Positions 30,405-40,368 of a DNA stretch of 64,000 nt are shown here, piece after piece; the first letter of the stretch is position 1, and every line of letters begins with the position of its first letter. This DNA is from Escherichia phage UGJNEcP3. The notes beneath the pieces were generated by a model. It was given only the letters and a program-made list of their open reading frames with translations. It had not been told where the DNA came from and searched no databases. The stretch is from the sequence record OV876907; one strand, given 5' to 3'. A program made the position numbers and the translations under genes.

Positions 30405-30433
30405 ATAGTATCATGTCTACAGACCTTGTAAAC
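30405..30433 (-). promoter_or_regulatory. T4-type early promoter
   Basis: Minus strand GTTTAC, 17 nt, TACTAT, then AGACCTATCAACTAATGAGTGAGGAAAATAAA and ATG. Confidence 0.5.
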
Positions 30434-30434
30434 A

Positions 30435-30695
30435 CTATTTTTGAATTTTATCGAGCCATTTACCAAGTTTAATCATTTCTTTGGTAGCTTTTTCCATACT
30501 TCTGAATTTAACCAGTAAAGGTTGTGCATCAACACCCATAACCAAAGTGGTTACAAGACTATGCTCGCCTACAAGCCATAACGAATACGTTTGAATATCG
30601 AGCCCGTAATTTCTGTCTTTATGGACTCGTACACCCATCACTTCAAATTTCTCACTGGCTTTTTCTACTGCATCCAGGAAATCGTCTTTAGTCAT
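30435..30695 (-). CDS. hypothetical protein (start re-set)
   Basis: Track ORF overlaps the upstream gene; the internal ATG at 30695 is adjacent to the upstream stop. Confidence 0.35.
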   Translation of the reverse strand: MTKDDFLDAVEKASEKFEVMGVRVHKDRNYGLDIQTYSLWLVGEHSLVTTLVMGVDAQPLLVKFRSMEKATKEMIKLGKWLDKIQK

Positions 30696-30696
30696 A

Positions 30697-31086
30697 TTAG
30701 GCCTTAAAAGTTTTTTGCAAAAGTTCAATGATTTGGTCAACGTTCTGTTCGGTGACAATGCAATGGATTTGGGTCACGCCGGCCTTAGCAATAGGCTCAT
30801 CGATTTCTTTATCTTCCACAACATATTCACGGAAGCAATAGAACTCGTCTTCATGCAACTCAAAATAATTTGGCACCAACCCAACTGCATTATAAATCTC
30901 GCCGTTAGCGCATTCGATTTCAGTCACAAATTTGTCGCCATCCATAGTCAACATATCCTTTACTTCAAACCAACCACCGTTGTCTTGGATAAGGTCGACC
31001 ATGCTTTTATTATTTTCATATTCGTCCATTTCAATAAAGTCTTTAATGCATTCAGGACGAAGTTCATAAGTTTTACCGATTTCCAT
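30697..31086 (-). CDS. hypothetical acidic protein
   Basis: 129 aa ORF with promoter module 31116-31144; N-terminal MEIGKTYEL motif. Confidence 0.45.
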   Translation of the reverse strand: MEIGKTYELRPECIKDFIEMDEYENNKSMVDLIQDNGGWFEVKDMLTMDGDKFVTEIECANGEIYNAVGLVPNYFELHEDEFYCFREYVVEDKEIDEPIAKAGVTQIHCIVTEQNVDQIIELLQKTFKA

Positions 31087-31115
31087 TTTTATTTCCTCAT
31101 GTAGTGGATAGGCCT

Positions 31116-31144
31116 ATAGTATCACGTTTAAAGGCTTTGTAAAC
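31116..31144 (-). promoter_or_regulatory. T4-type early promoter
   Basis: Minus strand GTTTAC, 17 nt, TACTAT, then leader with GAGGAAATAAAA RBS. Confidence 0.5.
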
Positions 31145-31196
31145 CATTAAATACCAAAAAGGGAAGACCGAAGTCTTCCCATTATAAATCAATAAC

Positions 31197-32102
31197 TTAT
31201 AGACCAGCTAACAGGTCGTCCAGACCATCGTCATCAGAAGGACTTACTGATGGTTCAGGAGTGGTGGAACGAGCTGGCGTAGATGGTTTAGAGTCGTATG
31301 CATCGAGGTCTGCACTGAATGCGTCCAGGTCATCACCAATCTTATCAGCAGCTGCAGAAGCTTTAGCGGCAGCACCACCAAGAGCAGCAGTACCAACAAC
31401 TTTCTTAAACTTGGCTTCGTTAGTTTCAAACGATTTGAATTCGAGCAGTTTAGAAAGGTCGTGCATTTCTTCCATCAATTTAGCTTGGTAAGCTTCATCA
31501 TTGATGTTAGGAATTTCAGACTGACCCATGAATTTGGAATCGTCGTAGTTTTTGAAGTCGCCAACTTTCTTAGATTTCAGTACGAAGTTAGCACCATCAA
31601 ACGGACATGTTACATCAACCGGCACTTCACCAATATCGGTATCAACTTCAACCATTTGGTTGATTTTATCCATAATTTTCTGACCGAAACGGAATTTAAA
31701 CACTTTACCTTCGTTAGCAGGCACTGCACTATCCTTAATAACAAGGATGTTAGCCCAGAAGGAAGTTTTACGTTTCATCAGTTTGTATTCAGCGTTGTTT
31801 GTATTAAACGTATCGTTCTGGTTCATGTATTTACATACAGGACATGAATCGAAATCGCCGTGAGTAGACGTACAGTTTTCAATGTACCATTGACCATTTT
31901 TCTTAAAGCCGTGGTTAACGAGCTTAATGAATGGAGATGGATTTTCTTCGTTTTTCGAAGGTAGGAAACGAATTACCGCAGTACCAACACCATTGTCGTC
32001 TTTCAATTTCCATTCAGCTTTATCATCGGAAGAGAAAGAAGAACCACCTTTCATTGCAGACAGTTGAGCAGCCAGTTGGGAAGGGTCTTTACGTTTGAAC
32101 AT
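31197..32102 (-). CDS. 32: single-stranded DNA-binding protein gp32
   Basis: 301 aa; [14 protein letters not shown]...[11 protein letters not shown]...[15 protein letters not shown]... and acidic C-terminal tail match recalled T4 gp32. Confidence 0.9.
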   Translation of the reverse strand: MFKRKDPSQLAAQLSAMKGGSSFSSDDKAEWKLKDDNGVGTAVIRFLPSKNEENPSPFIKLVNHGFKKNGQWYIENCTSTHGDFDSCPVCKYMNQNDTFNTNNAEYKLMKRKTSFWANILVIKDSAVPANEGKVFKFRFGQKIMDKINQMVEVDTDIGEVPVDVTCPFDGANFVLKSKKVGDFKNYDDSKFMGQSEIPNINDEAYQAKLMEEMHDLSKLLEFKSFETNEAKFKKVVGTAALGGAAAKASAAADKIGDDLDAFSADLDAYDSKPSTPARSTTPEPSVSPSDDDGLDDLLAGL

Positions 32103-32192
32103 ATTATTTACCTTAGCAGATTTTAGCAGTTGTATTTTATTAACAGTTTTTAACAGATTGAGTTAGTATATTAACACATTTGATATGAAGCA

Positions 32193-32846
32193 TTAAAACT
32201 TACAAGATTTGATAATTTCAATGAACAATTTACGAGCTTCTAAATTATCGATTATAAGAATTTTCTTATAAGCATTTAATTTAGTCGAATACTTAGACCA
32301 AACAAGGTCGTTGGTCTGTTCATCATGTTTATTTATTATATCCATAAATGAATCAAGCAAAATAAACGTTTCGAACGAAATAACATTCGATTGAAGGAGC
32401 TTAAAAATATAGCTCGAGTTAACTTTTTTATTATAATCAAAAATTTCAGAAAGCGCTTGAACTTCCACTTTCTTACTGAAATAATAGATGTTTTTGATAT
32501 CATCCTCAAAAACTTGTTTTATTCTTTTAAGTCTACCAATGTATTCTCGGTAAAAGACTAAGGCGTCAGCATCACTGATGTCGCCAATCCATGCGTCTTG
32601 GTTAGCTACCAAGTTACTCATGAAGATAAGAGCAAGCTCTTTCAAAGTGTATTTATCACTCAATTTCTCAAAGAAATATTTGTCGCGACGTTTTTGATAA
32701 GCCGTATCAGAGATTCGCATGACCCAGTTATATTTTATAACGTCGTATTTGGCGTTGAAGTGATGCTTTAACATCAAATATAGGGAATATACACTTTTGC
32801 CATTCACCATACGGTTATTGTTTGGTGGCATGCGAATCTTAATCAT
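32193..32846 (-). CDS. 59: helicase loader gp59
   Basis: 217 aa; KYDVIKYNWVMRISD...LVANQDAWIGDISDADALVFYREYIGRLK is near-identical to recalled T4 gp59. Confidence 0.9.
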   Translation of the reverse strand: MIKIRMPPNNNRMVNGKSVYSLYLMLKHHFNAKYDVIKYNWVMRISDTAYQKRRDKYFFEKLSDKYTLKELALIFMSNLVANQDAWIGDISDADALVFYREYIGRLKRIKQVFEDDIKNIYYFSKKVEVQALSEIFDYNKKVNSSYIFKLLQSNVISFETFILLDSFMDIINKHDEQTNDLVWSKYSTKLNAYKKILIIDNLEARKLFIEIIKSCKF

Positions 32847-33145
32847 AACAAGAAATCCAGAGTATTAGTTTTTTGCGTTCGAGCCATTGAAGGTCGAAGC
32901 AAGTTATCATCAATGGCTTCGTTCATAATTTTATCAATAATTCCTGCAGGCAAATAACGAGCAAAGTTACCTTCAGGGATGCTGTTCTCTTCCAACCATG
33001 CTGTAGCCGCTTCGAGGTAACTACAACCTTCAGCTTCAACAAAGGCCTCAATATCAAGGCCATTCTGTTGTTTGTTTACCAATACATGGACAGGTTCAGA
33101 AGCGGTATTAACCGCTCCATCAAAATCATTCAAAGATTGTGTCAT
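32843..33145 (-). CDS. 33: late transcription co-activator gp33
   Basis: 100 aa acidic protein in the T4 position between 59 and dsbA. Confidence 0.6.
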   Translation of the reverse strand: MTQSLNDFDGAVNTASEPVHVLVNKQQNGLDIEAFVEAEGCSYLEAATAWLEENSIPEGNFARYLPAGIIDKIMNEAIDDNLLRPSMARTQKTNTLDFLL

Positions 33146-33398
33146 ACAGTTCTACCACTTCAGTTTTTTCGTCTTCGAAACGTTCACGAGTGCCTTTATG
33201 GTACAGGGAGAACAGCTGGTTAAACATTTTACCGTCTACACCAAGTTCAGTCTTAGCACGGTCTTTGATATCTTTAATTTCGTCACCGTAGGCTTCCATT
33301 TTTAATTTAGTATCAGAAGCAGACTTAATCAACTGAGCAAGGGTATTACCATGTTCTTCTTGATTGAATTCAATTTTCTCTTTAGCCATTATATTCAC
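33126..33398 (-). CDS. dsbA: double-stranded DNA-binding protein DsbA
   Basis: 90 aa in the T4 position between 33 and rnh. Confidence 0.6.
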   Translation of the reverse strand: MNIMAKEKIEFNQEEHGNTLAQLIKSASDTKLKMEAYGDEIKDIKDRAKTELGVDGKMFNQLFSLYHKGTRERFEDEKTEVVELYDTIFE

Positions 33399-33399
33399 C

Positions 33400-34347
33400 T
33401 TAATAAAAATCAGCTACTGTAGCAGTTAGTTTAGACAAACCAGATTTAACGAAATAAGGATAGACTTTGGATTTCGAAGGTTTGTTATACGTATTATATC
33501 TTTCAGTAATTAAAGCAACAATATCATCTGGAATAAAGTCCATATCAATTAAGATTTGGTTTTCACAGAAACGTTCATATTGTTCTTCAGTAAGAAGTGT
33601 TTTAATTATATCATGGTCGTAATAATTCAGAGCAATCGCTTCAAGTTCCTTGGCACGAGTGCTAGGAGTACGTTCGCCTTCAACCATTGTCAACCAGTAA
33701 TCACCACGAACTTTAATACTCGCAACGTTATCCTTGCGGTCGCCTTTAATAACCTTAGTTACACAATCAAGCAACGCATCACCAGATTTTGTTTTGACGA
33801 ATTTTTTCTGCATTGGAGACCATTGTTTCACCCCAGGGAATTTATGAAGTTGGGTAAAGTCACCATCAGAAGAACCAATCATAACGGGGTGACCTAAAGC
33901 CGTAAGGATACGAGTCAATACAGCAATATGGTCATCGGCCTCGATTGTGTCGATATTCATAACAATATAAGGCATGTTTTGTTCAAGCTCATCCACAATA
34001 ATATGCATTGCAGTGAATAAGCCTTCCCAATCAAATGGTGATTCGTCACGTGCCTTAGCACGGTTTTTCTTATAATAAGAAGAATAACGACGACGCCAAT
34101 AACCTGATTTAGAGTTATCAACACAAATGATTAGTTGGTTGTAACCTTGTTTTTTAAAGTCTTTAATGTTTTTCTTGATTGAATTCAAGACGAGATGTCG
34201 AAGCATTGCTGTTGTTACTTTAGGAAATCCGGCGTTCTCGCCAAACTCTTGGAAAGCCGCAGCCATAATGATTTGGCTGAAATCTAGGAGTAAAAACCCA
34301 TCTTTTTGTTGGTCTTCTTCAGGAAGTAAAAAATCTAAATCGTTCAT
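33400..34347 (-). CDS. rnh: RNase H (5-prime to 3-prime exonuclease / flap endonuclease)
   Basis: Start re-set to MNDLDFLL...; blocks CVDNSKSGYWRR, SSDGDFTQLHK, NVKQWSPM, ASIKVRGD match recalled T4 RNase H. Confidence 0.85.
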   Translation of the reverse strand: MNDLDFLLPEEDQQKDGFLLLDFSQIIMAAAFQEFGENAGFPKVTTAMLRHLVLNSIKKNIKDFKKQGYNQLIICVDNSKSGYWRRRYSSYYKKNRAKARDESPFDWEGLFTAMHIIVDELEQNMPYIVMNIDTIEADDHIAVLTRILTALGHPVMIGSSDGDFTQLHKFPGVKQWSPMQKKFVKTKSGDALLDCVTKVIKGDRKDNVASIKVRGDYWLTMVEGERTPSTRAKELEAIALNYYDHDIIKTLLTEEQYERFCENQILIDMDFIPDDIVALITERYNTYNKPSKSKVYPYFVKSGLSKLTATVADFY

Positions 34348-34374
34348 ATGAACCTCTGTCCAATTAGTGTAGAG

Positions 34375-34403
34375 GTTCATTATATCATGACCCTAGAAGA
34401 AGT
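34375..34403 (-). promoter_or_regulatory. T4-type early promoter for rnh
   Basis: Minus strand GTTTAC, 17 nt, TATAAT, then leader to the rnh ATG. Confidence 0.5.
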
Positions 34404-34414
34404 AAACACTTTGC

Positions 34415-34422
34415 TATAAATA
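34415..34422 (+). promoter_or_regulatory. late promoter TATAAATA for gene 34
   Basis: Exact TATAAATA about 33 nt upstream of the gp34 ATG, overlapping the divergent rnh early promoter region. Confidence 0.6.
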
Positions 34423-34454
34423 GTTCTATACCCTGAAAACGAAAAGGAAATAAA

Positions 34455-37400
34455 ATGGCCGATATTTTAAAACCTGCCTTCCGTGCTACATCCGGACTCG
34501 ATGCTGCAGGCGAGAAAGTTATCAATGTTGCCAAAGCCGATTACAATGTATTAGACGACGGCGTCAACGTTGAATTCTTTATAGATGAGAACACCATCCA
34601 GGCGTACGACAAGACGCGCGGATATAAGAAAGGGTTTGCCGTAATCCATGACCAACGTATCTGGGTTGCTCAACGTGATATCGATGCTCCATCAGGAGCC
34701 TTTGTACCAGGTTATTGGACTGCTACCCGTACTGACCCTAAATGGATTACTGTAGCGTCTCCTACACGCCAACTGGCTTCCGGTGAATATATTGCAGTGG
34801 ATTCTGCTGCTAGCTTTACTACATTTACCCTGCCTCCTAACCCTACAGATGGCGATACCGTTGTAATTAAAGATATCGGTGGTCGTGTTGGTTATAACGA
34901 AATAAAGGTTCAGTCCAGTTCTGCTCCTGGCGGCGGTAACCAGAAAATTGTTCGTTTTGGTAATCAGTTTACTGAGACCTTAATTACGAAGCCTTTTTCT
35001 TATAACATGCTTATCTTTGCTAACCGTCTTTGGCATTTCTGGGAATCAGGTAACGAAGAACGTGGTATCCGTGTAGAACCTAACACCGCTCAGTTCCAAG
35101 CCCAAGCTGGTGATAACATCCTCCGTCGTTATACTTCAGGTGCAGTAATTAAGTTTACTCTTCCTAAGTATGCGAACCAAGGCGATATTATTAAAACCGC
35201 TGATATCGATGGTTTAGGAAGTAAATTCCATTTAATCGTTGAAACGTTTGATGCTTCGTCTGCATTAGGTAAACCCGGACAGCATAGCATGGAATTCCGT
35301 ACCTCCGGTGATGGATTCTTTGTTTATAACTCTACCGAAAAATTATGGTATGTTTGGGACGGTGACCTTAAAACCCGTTTACGTGTAATTCGCGATGATG
35401 TTGAACTCTTGGCTAACGAAAGTGTTATTGTTTTTGGCCCTAATAATACAACACCGCAGACGATTAATATCACATTACCTACAGGCGTAGCCCAGGGTGA
35501 TGTCGTTAAGATTGCTCTGAACTATCTCCGTAAAGCTCAGACGGTAAATATTAAGGCCGCTGTAGGAGATAAAATAGCTTCTTCGGTTCAATTGCTCCAG
35601 TTCCCTAAACGTTCTGAATATCCACCGGAAACCGAATGGGTATTGAATGACGTATTGACCTTTAATGGCAATATAAGTTATACTCCGGTTATTGAACTGA
35701 GTTATATCGAAGACACCACTACAGGTGGTAAATATTGGGTTGTTGCCCAGAACGTTCCTACTATAGAACGTGTAGATTCTAAAGATGATTTAACTCGTGC
35801 TCGTTTAGGTGTTATTGCGTTGGCTACGCAGACCCAAGCAAACGTCGACCATGAAAATAATCCTGAAAAAGAACTTGCAATTACTCCTCAGACTTTAGCT
35901 AATCGTGTAGCGACTGAATCTCGTCGTGGTATTGCTCGTATTGCTACTACTGCTCAGGTGAACCAGGATACAACCTTCGCATTCCAGGACGATTTGATTA
36001 TTTCTCCTAAGAAATTAAACGAACGTACTGCAACCGAAACTCGTCGTGGTGTCGCTGAAATTGCTACGCAAGTTGAAACTGATGCTGGTATAGATGATAC
36101 TACAATCATCACTCCTAAGAAGCTACAAGCGCGGCAGGGTTCGGAAAGTCTTTCAGGTATTGTAACATATACCTCTACCGTAGGAACCACTCCTGCGACT
36201 GCTAGGGACACCGTAGGTACTAACGTTTATAATAAGAACGTAGGCAATTTGGTTATTTCTCCTAAAGCACTTGACCAGTATAAAGCTACTCAAGTTCAAC
36301 AGGGTACAGTATATCTTTCCAACCAGTCTGAAGTTAACGCAGGTCAAACTGCAAGTGGATTCGCCAATAGTGCTGTTTCTCCTGAAACATTACATGCTCG
36401 TGTGGCTCTTGATACTCGTACAGGGTTAATTGAAATTGCTACGCAAACAGAGACTGATACTGGAACAGATTATACTCGTGCGGTAACGCCTAAGACGTTA
36501 AATGATAGGAAAGCTACGGAAGGATTGACTGGTATTGCTAGAATTGCAACACAGGTAGAATTTGATGCAGGTGTATTAGATAATGTTATTTCAACTCCGT
36601 TGAAAATTAAAACAAGATTTAATGATACTGCTAGAACTTCTGTCTCAGCAGCCAGTGGTTTGGTTGAATCAGGAACCTTATGGAACCATTATACACTAGA
36701 TATTAGAGAAGCAAATGAGACACAACGTGGCACTGCTCGCCTGGCAACCCAGACCGAAGTCAACGTTGGTACCGATGATAAAACTATCGTCACTCCTTTG
36801 AAATTGCATTCTAAAAAATCTACTGAAAGTTCTGAAGGTATTATTCGTGTTGCAACCAATACCGAAACAACCGCAGGAACTTCTAAAGTTTTGGCTGTAA
36901 GCCCTTCTGGTTTAAAATATGTAGTACAGACCGAAACTACTTGGGAAGCTACTGCACTTCGTCGTGGATTTGTTAAATTAACCGAAGGTGCTTTAACCTA
37001 TTCAGGAAATAAAGTTACTGGTTCTGGTGTTAAATTCAACTCAGGTACAGGCCTTTATGAGAACGATGATACTGTTCTGAACGCAGCGAACTATCCTAAA
37101 ACGGGTTATGCGGTTTCATCTTACGAGATGAATAAAACTTTACAGAACTTTTTACCCATAAATGCTACGGCTGTGAACTCCGAGAAATTGGATGGCCTGG
37201 ATTCACTTCAGTTCATTCGTAGAGACGTCGACCAAACGGTTAATGGTTCTTTAACCCTGACCAAACAATTGAACCTGGCGGCTCCTCTGGTGTCTTCTAG
37301 TACTGCTAATATTACTGGCAATACTATTTTAGGTTCTCTGGAAGTAACTGGAAATTCTACTTTTAAAAATGATGTATCTGTTAGCTCAGGTAAATCTATT

Positions 37401-38504
37401 AAATTTGTAGGACCGCAGTCAGGTGCCGGTACTTGGAACTCTCAAGGAGATACTTTAGCTCCGATTTTTGCCGAGATAAATTCGACCCCAGATGCCAAGT
37501 TCCATCCTATTGTTAAACAACGTTTAGGGCAAGGTACATTCTCTTTAGGCACTGTAAACGACGGAACTCGTGATTTTAAAATACATTATCTTCCATCGCC
37601 GGGTTCTTTAGAATCTTCCTACTGGACCTTTAATACGACTGGTGACTTTGCTGTTAATAGTGGTTCCATTAGTATTTCTAAGAATGCTAATATCACAGGT
37701 ATAACCACTTCTAACGGTGTTTCTACAACCACACTAAATGCTTCTGCTCTGTCTTCATTGCAAAACGTAACTACTTCAGGTACTATCGTTTCCACCGGAC
37801 AGGTATCGGCAAATAATGGTTTGGTTGCTCAAAAATACGTTCGTTCTGTTGGTGTTAAACCTACATTAGCATCCCAGGCCCCTACTGCAGAAACAGTTGG
37901 CTTCTGGTCTGTTGATATCAATGATTCGGCTACATTTAACCTGTTCCCGGGTTATTGGACGATGAAAACTAAACGTCAGGTTAATATCGATACGGTCCAA
38001 ACTAAACCTGCCGGTGTTTCTGATGAGATATGGAATGCTTCTGGTTGGTTGACAGAAACGGGTGCATTTAGTTCTCCGGCTATTCGTTATCGTAACGAAG
38101 ACGGTAGTTTTGGTGACGAAGTTCTCAGTACGTCAGGTCAGAAATTACGTGGTACTTGGTTTGATTATTCTGTTCGTGATAAGGAAGTTAAATATCCTGG
38201 TACGTTAACCCAGTTTGGTAATACGTTAGATTCATGCTATCAAGATTGGGTGTGTTATCCTACAGGGCTGAATGGCGGTACTATCCGTTATACCCGTACC
38301 TGGCAGAAAAATAAAAACGCATGGACTACATTCTCAATGGTCTATACGGCAGATAACCCTCCTTCTGCAGAAGATGTGGGTGCATTGCCTGCTGATAACG
38401 CTACAATGGGTAACATTACAATCCTCGATTGGTTGCGTATTGGTAACGTTCGCATTATTCCTGACCCAGTCACTAAATCTGTCAAGTTTGAGTGGATTGA
38501 ATAA
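34455..38504 (+). CDS. 34: long tail fibre proximal subunit gp34
   Basis: 1349 aa; conserved N-terminus and C-terminus (PGTLTQFGNTLDS...GNVRIIPDPVTKSVKFEWIE) match recalled T4 gp34. Confidence 0.9.
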   Translation: MADILKPAFRATSGLDAAGEKVINVAKADYNVLDDGVNVEFFIDENTIQAYDKTRGYKKGFAVIHDQRIWVAQRDIDAPSGAFVPGYWTATRTDPKWITVASPTRQLASGEYIAVDSAASFTTFTLPPNPTDGDTVVIKDIGGRVGYNEIKVQSSSAPGGGNQKIVRFGNQFTETLITKPFSYNMLIFANRLWHFWESGNEERGIRVEPNTAQFQAQAGDNILRRYTSGAVIKFTLPKYANQGDIIKTADIDGLGSKFHLIVETFDASSALGKPGQHSMEFRTSGDGFFVYNSTEKLWYVWDGDLKTRLRVIRDDVELLANESVIVFGPNNTTPQTINITLPTGVAQGDVVKIALNYLRKAQTVNIKAAVGDKIASSVQLLQFPKRSEYPPETEWVLNDVLTFNGNISYTPVIELSYIEDTTTGGKYWVVAQNVPTIERVDSKDDLTRARLGVIALATQTQANVDHENNPEKELAITPQTLANRVATESRRGIARIATTAQVNQDTTFAFQDDLIISPKKLNERTATETRRGVAEIATQVETDAGIDDTTIITPKKLQARQGSESLSGIVTYTSTVGTTPATARDTVGTNVYNKNVGNLVISPKALDQYKATQVQQGTVYLSNQSEVNAGQTASGFANSAVSPETLHARVALDTRTGLIEIATQTETDTGTDYTRAVTPKTLNDRKATEGLTGIARIATQVEFDAGVLDNVISTPLKIKTRFNDTARTSVSAASGLVESGTLWNHYTLDIREANETQRGTARLATQTEVNVGTDDKTIVTPLKLHSKKSTESSEGIIRVATNTETTAGTSKVLAVSPSGLKYVVQTETTWEATALRRGFVKLTEGALTYSGNKVTGSGVKFNSGTGLYENDDTVLNAANYPKTGYAVSSYEMNKTLQNFLPINATAVNSEKLDGLDSLQFIRRDVDQTVNGSLTLTKQLNLAAPLVSSSTANITGNTILGSLEVTGNSTFKNDVSVSSGKSIKFVGPQSGAGTWNSQGDTLAPIFAEINSTPDAKFHPIVKQRLGQGTFSLGTVNDGTRDFKIHYLPSPGSLESSYWTFNTTGDFAVNSGSISISKNANITGITTSNGVSTTTLNASALSSLQNVTTSGTIVSTGQVSANNGLVAQKYVRSVGVKPTLASQAPTAETVGFWSVDINDSATFNLFPGYWTMKTKRQVNIDTVQTKPAGVSDEIWNASGWLTETGAFSSPAIRYRNEDGSFGDEVLSTSGQKLRGTWFDYSVRDKEVKYPGTLTQFGNTLDSCYQDWVCYPTGLNGGTIRYTRTWQKNKNAWTTFSMVYTADNPPSAEDVGALPADNATMGNITILDWLRIGNVRIIPDPVTKSVKFEWIE

Positions 38505-38512
38505 GAGGTATT

Positions 38513-39637
38513 ATGGAAAGATTTATGGCAGAATTTGGACAAGGATATGTCCAGGTTCCTACATTATCTGAAAACAATGCTGTAAGGTACAAACTTAGTA
38601 TAGCTGGTAGTTGTACTAAGTCTACCACAAAAGCATATGTTAAATTTCAAGATGGGGACTTCGGTCCCCAGAATTTTCAAAATGGATTAAATCTTATAGA
38701 AATAGACGTTAGTGCCGAACCTAAAGTGGTGGCTAACAAAACTTATAGTTTTACAAAAGATTTTGATGTTATCTCTGAAGCTTTTATTACTTACATAAAT
38801 TCAATACCTGCAAACAGAATAGTTTGTTTAGTATCTTCTGGTAGATTAAACGCTTCACAGAAACTTATTGATTGGTTCCGTGCAGCAGGAAGTACAGCAT
38901 TCCCGTCTAAATGGATGATAGAGCGATTTGAGCCGTCTTATTCGGCCTTTTACGTTTCTGGTAGAAATACCATAGTGATGGAACACGTCCTTTATAATGA
39001 TGGGGTGTTTGTTGAAGATGTTTCTACACCATTAGAAGTCGTTTTTGACGATATCAGTGATGTCGGCGGTACCGGATATCCTATAAGAATAGTAGAAGAT
39101 GAAAATACTTATCTAAGTAATGGTGGGGAGGAAATAAAACGTTTCCCTACGGATTCTCCTACCACTCCTTGTGCTGATTATAATATGAAGCCTGGGGAGT
39201 TCTTTTATCTTAAATTCCAAATGATGTGCGACCAGGAATTAAAAGATTCAGAAGGGACTTCTCAAATGTCTGTTAGATTTTTTGATTCTAATAGTGCTTT
39301 GACCGGTACTGTAAATATGGAAATCCCGACTAATTTCCCTGCCGGGTCTTGGATGACTTTTGAGCGAGTAATTGAAGTTCCTGCTAATACAGAAACATTT
39401 ACATTGTATGCAAGAAAAACAGTGGCCAGTGGAGGTGGTGGTGTACGCAATGTGATGTTTGGGGAAGTATCAGAGCCGGAATCACAACCTAAATCAGCTG
39501 AATTTGGTGTAAATGGTATTCGTATGAATTTCGGTACCGAAACTAAGAATATGGGTATTACTATAGCCCAGTTATACGATAAAACAGGTACTAAACCGGG
39601 GCAGGTTTGGGTATCTGAATTTAGAGAAAAATATTAA
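38513..39637 (+). CDS. 35: long tail fibre hinge gp35
   Basis: 374 aa, synteny 34-35-36-37. Confidence 0.75.
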   Translation: MERFMAEFGQGYVQVPTLSENNAVRYKLSIAGSCTKSTTKAYVKFQDGDFGPQNFQNGLNLIEIDVSAEPKVVANKTYSFTKDFDVISEAFITYINSIPANRIVCLVSSGRLNASQKLIDWFRAAGSTAFPSKWMIERFEPSYSAFYVSGRNTIVMEHVLYNDGVFVEDVSTPLEVVFDDISDVGGTGYPIRIVEDENTYLSNGGEEIKRFPTDSPTTPCADYNMKPGEFFYLKFQMMCDQELKDSEGTSQMSVRFFDSNSALTGTVNMEIPTNFPAGSWMTFERVIEVPANTETFTLYARKTVASGGGGVRNVMFGEVSEPESQPKSAEFGVNGIRMNFGTETKNMGITIAQLYDKTGTKPGQVWVSEFREKY

Positions 39638-39660
39638 GGAACCTTCGGGTTCCTTTTTCG
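39638..39660 (+). terminator. C(UUCG)G hairpin terminator after gene 35
   Basis: GGAACC-UUCG-GGUUCC followed by UUUUUCG. Confidence 0.6.
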
Positions 39661-39671
39661 TTTTCTACGGC

Positions 39672-39679
39672 CATAAATA
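39672..39679 (+). promoter_or_regulatory. candidate late promoter (CATAAATA) for gene 36
   Basis: CATAAATA about 33 nt upstream of the gp36 ATG; one mismatch to consensus. Confidence 0.35.
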
Positions 39680-39712
39680 TATAAAAGGCTATAACTCCCA
39701 AAGGAAACTCAA

Positions 39713-40360
39713 ATGGCAGATTTAAAATTAGGTTCTACAGCAGGAGGTTCGGTATTATGGCACCAAGGTAATTTCCCCTTAACGCCTGTATCAAATGACC
39801 TTCTTTATAAAACATATAAAGTTTACACCGAGTATAATAAACCACAAGCAGTTGATAATGATTTCGTTTCAAAAGCCAACGGCGGTAATTATAAGAACAA
39901 CGTGTATTTTGAAAAAGGTTTGACCTTTAATGATACTAATGGATATGGTATTAAATTAGGAGCAAGAACAGCCGGAGCCCCGTTTACAGCTTCTTTCCGT
40001 ATTAAAGGTGCTTTTGGATACGAAACGGAAGACGGTACCCCGTTTATGATATTTGACCCAAATACAACAGTTGGTGCTAAACGTCTTACCGTAATGGGTG
40101 ATTCATTATTCCGACAAGTATATGATGAATCAGGTCGTGTATTCAGCCCAGGCAACACCCCTACTAAAGCACAAATTGGATTGCCGTTAGTAGATAACGC
40201 AAAACAGGTCCAAATAAATAATACTAATATGCAAACAATGACTGGAGTACTTGCGGCTCCTAACTTCATTTCATTAAATCCGGCCTCTGACGCAGGACAT
40301 GTTCCCCGTTTCGACCAGATTGTTATTAAAGATTCTATCCAAGATTTTGGTTATTATTAA
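39713..40360 (+). CDS. 36: long tail fibre distal connector gp36
   Basis: 215 aa; MADLKLGSTAGGSVLWHQGNFPL... and C-terminal HVPRFDQIVIKDSIQDFGYY match recalled T4 gp36. Confidence 0.85.
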   Translation: MADLKLGSTAGGSVLWHQGNFPLTPVSNDLLYKTYKVYTEYNKPQAVDNDFVSKANGGNYKNNVYFEKGLTFNDTNGYGIKLGARTAGAPFTASFRIKGAFGYETEDGTPFMIFDPNTTVGAKRLTVMGDSLFRQVYDESGRVFSPGNTPTKAQIGLPLVDNAKQVQINNTNMQTMTGVLAAPNFISLNPASDAGHVPRFDQIVIKDSIQDFGYY

Positions 40361-40368
40361 GAGGCATT

